Assembly: GCA_951406725.2 (NCBI GenBank)
Contig: OX597817.1
Location: forward strand, 71,734,001 to 71,798,000
Length of the DNA: 64,000 nucleotides
Source: Octopus vulgaris
Taxonomy: Eukaryota
Direction of reading: 5' to 3'
The notes under the pieces are model-generated. The model made no database searches and was not told the origin of the DNA. It saw only the letters and a program-made list of their open reading frames with translations. Below, in pieces: positions 57,205 to 64,000 of the stretch (positions are counted from its first letter, which is position 1; each line of letters begins with the position of its first letter). Position numbers and translations under genes: made by a program.

Positions 57205-58110
57205 GTAAGGGCGTGTGGCTTAGTGGTTAAGGTGCTGCACGCTCATTAGCGGTCGTGATGTCAGTTCCTAGACTGCGTGATGTGTTGAGTACTTGAACAA
57301 AATACGTTGCTATGCGATCACTTCGACACCTGACGCATGGTTTACAGTGTACCCGTGAAGACAACGTCGATTTGATGGAGAGACTGAGTTAATGTACTGC
57401 ACGAACGTTTGATCACTGTAAACAAATCGTTTGTGCAGGTCGTTCATTCGTTGTCTCCGGCGGGAGAGACCATCTAAGATACATACACACACATACACAC
57501 ACACACACACATATATATGAATACACACACATACACACACATATATAATTACACTCAGGCGCACATGCACACACACACATTCACCCACTCACAAATGTAA
57601 ATGGATAGATAAATACGTAAATAGATGATGAGTGAAGGAGTCGTATATAGATATGTATGTACACAAATACAGGTATGAGTGTGAGCCTTTATTCCTATTT
57701 ACATCTCCCTCAAAACCGTTGTTCTTTATGTCGTGACTCTATATGCCATAACGTAGCGGTAAGACTAATAAATGTTTGATAAAAAATATGTGACTGACAT
57801 AAATCCTGATATGAGTTTTTATGATCAACAAAAACCTGAAAGGTCGTTCACCTGTACAGCCACCGTATGGCGAGGAAATCTATAAAAGCATAATAGAACA
57901 TACAAGCACACATATATACCAGGAGCCACCTTGCGGTTGCTTCCCAAGTACATGGTGGCACCTCAGGGAAATGTGTTCTATAATAGCGTCGGGCTAACCA
58001 TAGGTTTGGTAGTCCAAGAAAAATAGACTAATAAACTATTTTCTTTAGTCATTGCACGGCGATTGCCATAAGCTTTAAGCTTACATAAATGCCATTATTA
58101 ATACATGCAC

Positions 58111-58141
<31 letters not shown>

Positions 58142-58637
58142 TGTATGTATGTATGTATGTATGTATGTATGTATTACTCTTTTACTCTTTTACTTGTTTC
58201 AGTCATTTGACTGCGGCCATGCTGGAGCACCGCCTTTAGTCGAGCAAATCGACCCCGCCTGGGACTTATTCTTTGTAAGCCCAGTACTTATTCTATCGGT
58301 CTCTTTTGCCGAACCGCTAAGTGATGGGGACGTAAACACACCAGCATCGGTTGTCAAGCAATGCTAGAGGGACAAACACAGACACACAAACATATACATA
58401 CACATACATATATATATACATATATACGACAGGATTCTTTCAGTTTCCGTCTACCAAATCCACTCACAAGGCATTGGTCGGTCCGAGGCTATAGCAGAAG
58501 ACACTTGCCCAAGATACCACGCAGTGGGACTGAACCCAGAACCATGTGGTTGGTAGGCAAGCTATTTACCACACAGCCATGTATGTATTTATGTATGTAT
58601 GTATGTATGTATGTATGTATGTATGTATGTATGTATG

Positions 58638-58695
<58 letters not shown>

Positions 58696-58833
58696 ACTCT
58701 ACTCTGAGTAGTGATTCAAATGGTCAAGAAATGTCTTGTTATGATTCGTAAACTAGCTTTAAAATAATGAATTTAATTAAATGTTACTTCGTATATGTAT
58801 ATGTGTGTGTGTGTGTGTGTATGTGTGTGTGCA

Positions 58834-58865
<32 letters not shown>

Positions 58866-58880
58866 TGTACATATAATTGA

Positions 58881-59381
58881 AGTGCCTAGCGCAATCTAAA
58901 ACCAAAAAGGAAATAATTCACCGCCGCTGAAAGTGACTAAAGGTGCAGGGACCACCAGCATTTCTAAAAATAATACCCCAAGATATTTCAGCCACAAAGT
59001 ACATGTTCTATGTACTGACTGACAAGGGGAATAAAATTCCCTCAAAAAGCGAGGGTATCAGATTAGCGCGCTAATTTCGCGTAAAATTAATGCTCACCAG
59101 TGATATTCCATCGTTAGTGGTGAAGTAAAAATCCAGTATTTATAAAACTTACCATTGGAATCAATGTCTGGTTCAGTAAATTGGTAATATGAAAATTATA
59201 AAATAACTAGAGTGGCTTCACGCAATCTGAAACCACAAAGGAAATAATTTGCCGTCACTAAAAGTGACTAAGGGTGAAAGGAGCACCAGCATTCCTAATA
59301 TAAGAGTCAAAGACTCTTTACCCACAAAGCACGCGTTCTATGTATTGACAAGAGAGATAAAACTCCCCACAGCAAGCGAAG
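58881..59381 (-). mobile_element. Old retrozyme-like partial tandem (about 330-nt period) with a central HHR
   Basis: 58881-59053 and 59211-59381 are diverged direct repeats flanking the HHR at 59056-59105; abuts (TG)n/TA. Confidence 0.55.
59056..59105 (-). ncRNA. Type I hammerhead ribozyme motif (A6G substitution)
   Basis: Minus strand tatca-CTGGTGA-GC...GC-GAAA-TTAGCgcGCTAA-TC-tgata. 14-nt perfect palindrome ATTAGCGCGCTAAT forms stem III; AUC triplet. Confidence 0.65.
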
Positions 59382-59429
59382 TAATGTTTAATTGAATATA
59401 AGATCACCCTGCTCGATATGTACAAAAGG

Positions 59430-59960
59430 AGTTGGGAGAAGCTCCATACAATGTACTCAGTTCAAATGTGGTGGAGAGATAACAGAGAAAGTAGACTCCC
59501 TCAAATATCGGGGGAAGGGAATCCTTAGAAGTTGTAGGCAGTTCCCGTTACATAGGTCACCAAATTAGTAGTGGTGGAAGTCGTTCCTAAGCATAGCTGC
59601 TAAAATAAGAATTGTCTGGGCAAAGTTCAGAGAGCTACTACCTTTGTTAGTAACGAAGAGCCTCTCCCGGAGAGTGAAAGGCAGATTGTATGATATCTTT
59701 GTTAAAACAGCTACGCTTCGTGGCAGTGAGACACGGGCTGTGGCTACTGAGGATATGCAAAGGCTTGGAGGAAATGAAACCAGCATGCTCTGCTCGATGG
59801 GTTATATCAGTATGCATATACGACAAAGTGTAAGTGATTTGAGAGAAAAACTGGGTAGACAAAGTATCAGAGAGAAAACTGCGCTGCTACGGTCATGCAG
59901 TACGCATGAATGAAGACAAGAGGTGCTGATCTCTACTTGTGGAGGAAGATGTATCTTCAG
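59430..59960 (+). mobile_element. RTE-clade LINE 3' fragment
   Basis: WAKFRELLPLLVTKSLSRRVKGRLYD...LRGSET. Confidence 0.8.
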
Positions 59961-60332
59961 ATGCTGGGCTTCACAGAGGGGATGACTGGGTGATGAGACT
60001 CCGAGCGGTTTGCTTTGCTTGAGAAGACACGTCAAGCCAAGTAAAATCGTGGTTGCCCTTGCATGCAGGCATATCTCCAGCGGAGTGCCCCTAATCTTGC
60101 AGCCTCGTAGGTGCTTGTGCCACGCAAATGGCACCCCTGCTGTTGCTACGCAAAAGCACCCAGTACACTCTGTAAAGCGGCTGGCGTTAGGAAGGTCATC
60201 CAGTTGTAGAAACCATGTCAAAAAAGACATGGAGTCTGGGTTGCTCTTCGGCTGGCCAGCTCCTGTCAAACCATCGAACCCATACCGGCATGAAGAACAG
60301 GCATTAGATGATGGTGATGATGATGATGATGT

Positions 60333-60378
<46 letters not shown>

Positions 60379-60619
60379 GATATATGTATATATATTTATA
60401 AGTGTACAGTCATTCATTCATTCATACATGCTTAGACACATAGACACTCACGTGCATACACATACCCTCGGATTATTTGTTAGATAACAGAAAACTATAT
60501 GATATACCGAAAATATTCGGAAAATAATTTCTATACGCACTTCATTTACATCACATGACTCTCCCATTCTGCTATAGGAACAATAAACTGTTGATAACAT
60601 ATTAACACCAAATTCCTGC

Positions 60620-60660
60620 GAGCTGCAGCTGCAGCTGCTGCTGCAACAACTACTACTACA

Positions 60661-60700
<40 letters not shown>

Positions 60701-60702
60701 AT

Positions 60703-60735
<33 letters not shown>

Positions 60736-60941
60736 TGGAAGAAGAAGAAAATGAAGAAGAAATGAAGAAATAGAAAAAGAAGAAGAAGAAGAAGAAGAAG
60801 AAGAAGAAGAAGAAGAAGAAGAAGAAGAAGAAGAAGAAGAAGAAGATGAAGAAGAAGAAGGGGAAGAAGAAGAAGAAGAAGAAGAAGAAGAAGAAGAAGA
60901 AGAAGAAGAAGAAGAAGAAGAAGAAGAAGAAGAAGAAGAAA
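60620..60941. repeat. Compound (GCT)/(CTA)/(AAT)/(GAA)n array
   Basis: Direct reading. Confidence 0.95.
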
Positions 60942-61469
60942 TGTAACAAGACAAAAAATTACGAAGTAAATAATATGCAAAACATTCAGTTATGTTATTA
61001 TGGTCTAAGAACAAACTAGACCTGATATTTACATGATGTTATACCGTTTCATGGTTGATTATATTACCGTTATGATAATATTAGTATTAGAAAGGATGAA
61101 ACGTAACATTAACCTGCATCAGATAATACTAACATCTACATTGCCCGTTGATCCTTCCTAGGCGTTGGTAAAATAAAATATTTGATTGCTACAAAAGTAA
61201 TGGAGTTGATAAATTAATATTTCGTCGTTTCACTTAAAATTCTGAGTTCAGTTCTTGCTGGGATAAACTTTGCATTTGACCCCTCTAGGGTTGATAAAAT
61301 AAAGTACCAGTCAAGTATAGAAGTCGATGTAATTGATTATACTTTCTAACCTTTTACATTTCAGGTACTGTGTCTCATTCAGAAACCACTGCTGTTACGA
61401 GGGATGGAGGTTAAGTTAGGCTACATTACTCTGTAAGTAGCATAATGTCGCGACAATTTCATGCCTGTG

Positions 61470-61830
61470 GATAAAATTTTGGGCAACTTCACTTCATCCT
61501 CCACGCACCCTTTACAGATCTTAGGTCGTCAAACTTTTCTCTTTCCTTCAGGCAGCCAGTCTAACACTTGTCTCGCAATGTTGCTTAGAGGTCTCCTTAA
61601 AATGTGAGCGATCCGGTCCTATTTCCTTTTCATAATTTCTTGATTAGTGGGTCTTTGGTTCGTTCTGTCCCGCACACTTCTCTGTGAAATTTTGTCCGGC
61701 CAGCAAGTTTTGAAGATGTAGCGCAGGTATCTGTTGACAAAGGACTGTAGCTTACTTGTTATAGCTGTGGTGACGCTCCAAGTTTCTGACCCGTAGAAAA
61801 GAACGGCCTTGTCTTTGGAATTGAAGATGC
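61470..61830 (-). mobile_element. RTE-clade LINE 3' fragment
   Basis: FNSKDKAVLFYGSETWSVTTAITSKLQSFVNRYLRYIFKTCWPDKIS. Confidence 0.8.
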
Positions 61831-61939
61831 AGAATTTTGTTTAGAAGGCGACAGCCTTGGAACAGAGTAAGATGGATCGGCTACACCTGGTATGCTTTCA
61901 ACAATCTTCGACAGAAATCCCTCGCTTGGCAGTGCTACC

Positions 61940-62991
61940 TTATATGGCATCAGCAGATAATAGATCAAGGAGGAGGAAATGGACCAGCCAAGAAAACAGG
62001 ATATTGATACAGTGCTACTTAGAAAGAAGTGAACCTAAAAGAAGAGGCAATAAAATGGATGTTAACACTTTGGGTAGTGAAGGGTATGTTTAAAGCGACT
62101 GAGCAGAGATTAGTTGATCAAGCTAATGCTATTAGAAGAAAGTGGATAACAAAATTGGAGGTAGAAGAGATCACAAGAGAACTGGAAAAGAAAAACCAGG
62201 CAGTAAGAAAGACAAAAAACAATATAAGACATACATCTCAAACCAAAGAGGAACCTAAAGGAAAAATAATAATAGCGCTACCAATAAGGCCTAATTGGAT
62301 AGAAGCCTAAATATACTAAAAACCAAGTAGATTCGCAATGTATATTATGCAAGTCAAAAATGGAAAGCGTTACTCATATAGTAAGTGAATGTAGCATGAC
62401 ACAAAAAGAATATAAGAAAAGACATGACAATCTATGGAGAGCAATCCACTAGGAGCTTTGTAGAAAGCTAGGATGTGAACATACTGACAAACGGTATGAA
62501 CATGAACCTCGTAAAGTACTAGAAAGTAAGAAGTACAAGATGTTGTGGAACATCCAAACTGATAGAGTAACATAAGCTAGAAGGTAGTAGTAGATAAAGA
62601 AATAGAAAGTGCCAGATAATTGACTTTACAATATCAAATGATGAAAAAAGTAATATGAGTAGTATAGAAAAAATAGCAAAGTACCAAGACGTAGCCATTG
62701 AATTACAGGGCCAATGGAAAGTGTGGGTAAAATGTATCCCAGTAGTTATAGGTGCATTGGGAACTATCCCTAAACAACTCCACAGATGGATAGAGGAAAT
62801 AGGCATAAAACCCAGTTTAGGACAGTTGCAGAAAACAGTGTTATTAGGGACAGCTAGGATAGTTAGGAAGGTTCTTGGCATCGAAGGTTACTTGTAACTC
62901 GGTAAGAGGTTTCTTGGCATCTAAGGCAACTTGTTGTAGCCCGATGTCAGGATTCTTTTCTTTTCCAACGGTCTAATCTGTTGACTGTATA

Positions 62992-62995
<4 letters not shown>
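61940..62995 (+). mobile_element. Internally deleted R4/Dong-like RLE retrotransposon with (TAA)n tail
   Basis: N-terminal RRKWTSQEN..LIQCY...TEQRLVDQANAIRRK and C-terminal EKIAKYQDVAIEL...IPVVIGALGTIP...LQKTVLLGTARIVRKVL; ends in (TAA)n. Confidence 0.85.

Positions 62996-63079
<84 letters not shown>
62995..63079. repeat. (TAA)n tract between two convergent R4/Dong-like elements
   Basis: Direct reading. Confidence 0.95.
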
Positions 63080-63082
<3 letters not shown>

Positions 63083-63084
63083 GT

Positions 63085-63878
63085 TATTATTTCTTTTTAT
63101 TGGAACTCTTGGAGTTTTGCATGCGTATCGGACTTGCTACCTGCAGCCTACGGTACCATGCTATTAGTTCTTTTCGGCTATCTAATACTTTCCTGATTAT
63201 TCTAGCCATGCTAAAGAGGCAAACCTTTTGTAACAGTCCTACTGGGTACTTTATTCCAATTTCCTTGATATTCCTCTTGATGCCTTGTGACACTGTTCCC
63301 AAGGACCCAACAATAACTGGCACTATCTTCACCTACCTCATTCTCCATAGCCGGGATATTTTGTACTTAAGAGGATTGTATTTATCCATTTTTTCGCCTT
63401 CCTTCTTGACTATTCGTGGATCAAAGGGGAATGCAAAATCAACTATACAGCACATGTGGTACATCTTGTCGACCACCACTAGATCCGGCCTGTTATGATT
63501 TTGTCCCTAATCTATATGGAATGGGAAATCCTAGAAGATTTTGCTAGTCTCCGACTCCACCACTCTCTACGCTCTGTGCTGATACCATCTCTAGCCCCCA
63601 CTTTCCGCACAGTTACCATTTTAGCACTTTCGCTACCTGATCATGTCACCACAACTTGTAGTGGTTTGGGGCAAGTCTAGGGCATCCGTTTGTGATATGG
63701 GCAATGGTTTCATCCACTCTATTACAGATGCGGCACAGCGGAGAGACTTGCTCATTCCAAAGGTCGACCCTCCAGTTCGTAGCTAAAGCTTGGACTTTCA
63801 CTACCAGTACAGTGCTCTCGGTTTCTTATTTTAGTGGTCCTTTCTTCAGCCAGTTCCACCTATTTTTCCAGCAATTTC

Positions 63879-63880
<2 letters not shown>
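63085..63880 (-). mobile_element. Second R4/Dong-like fragment, convergent with the first (interrupted about 63540-63760)
   Basis: RPDLVVVDK...IVDFAFPFD...KIVPVIVGSLGTV...LQKVCLFSMARIIRKVL, and upstream WNWLKKGPLK*ETE. Confidence 0.8.
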
Positions 63881-63964
<84 letters not shown>

Positions 63965-64000
63965 CTATTTAGTGAGAGAGCAGTCCATGCCATCGAAGTG

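Noticed and set aside
57852-57879. 28-nt phase-compatible micro-exon candidate (ISSPYGGCT) upstream of the first GPCR exon
   Set aside because: Weak donor (gtgaac) and no recognisable homology; needs RNA-seq.

Overview
AT-rich, microsatellite-saturated eukaryotic DNA. The SINE families and repeat style suggest an octopus/cephalopod genome (inference from recall, not a search). Nearly all ORFs in the supplied track are microsatellite artefacts. The one host gene I can support is a minus-strand class B1 (secretin-family, PTH-receptor-like) GPCR. Five GT-AG exons (54683-54570, 49048-48936, 47653-47559, 39499-39337, 36095-35939) splice in frame into about 214 codons, from the hormone-receptor domain through TM1-TM3 to the start of TM4. 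I did not find the 5' exons or the TM4-TM7 exons. The rest is mobile-element relics: a near full-length Penelope-like element (PLE), RLE/R4-like and RTE LINE pieces, mariner, hAT, pogo-like and Helitron remnants, and many SINEs. The most unusual signal is a set of at least eight type I hammerhead-ribozyme (HHR) motifs from several unrelated short elements, most next to (TA)n or similar microsatellites. These include a young, highly structured 360-nt tandem-plus-inverted retrozyme-like element (18837-19762), and a variant HHR core (CCGANGA with an unpaired 10.1:11.1 position) shared by two unrelated families. All RNA structures were paired by eye and activity is untested.
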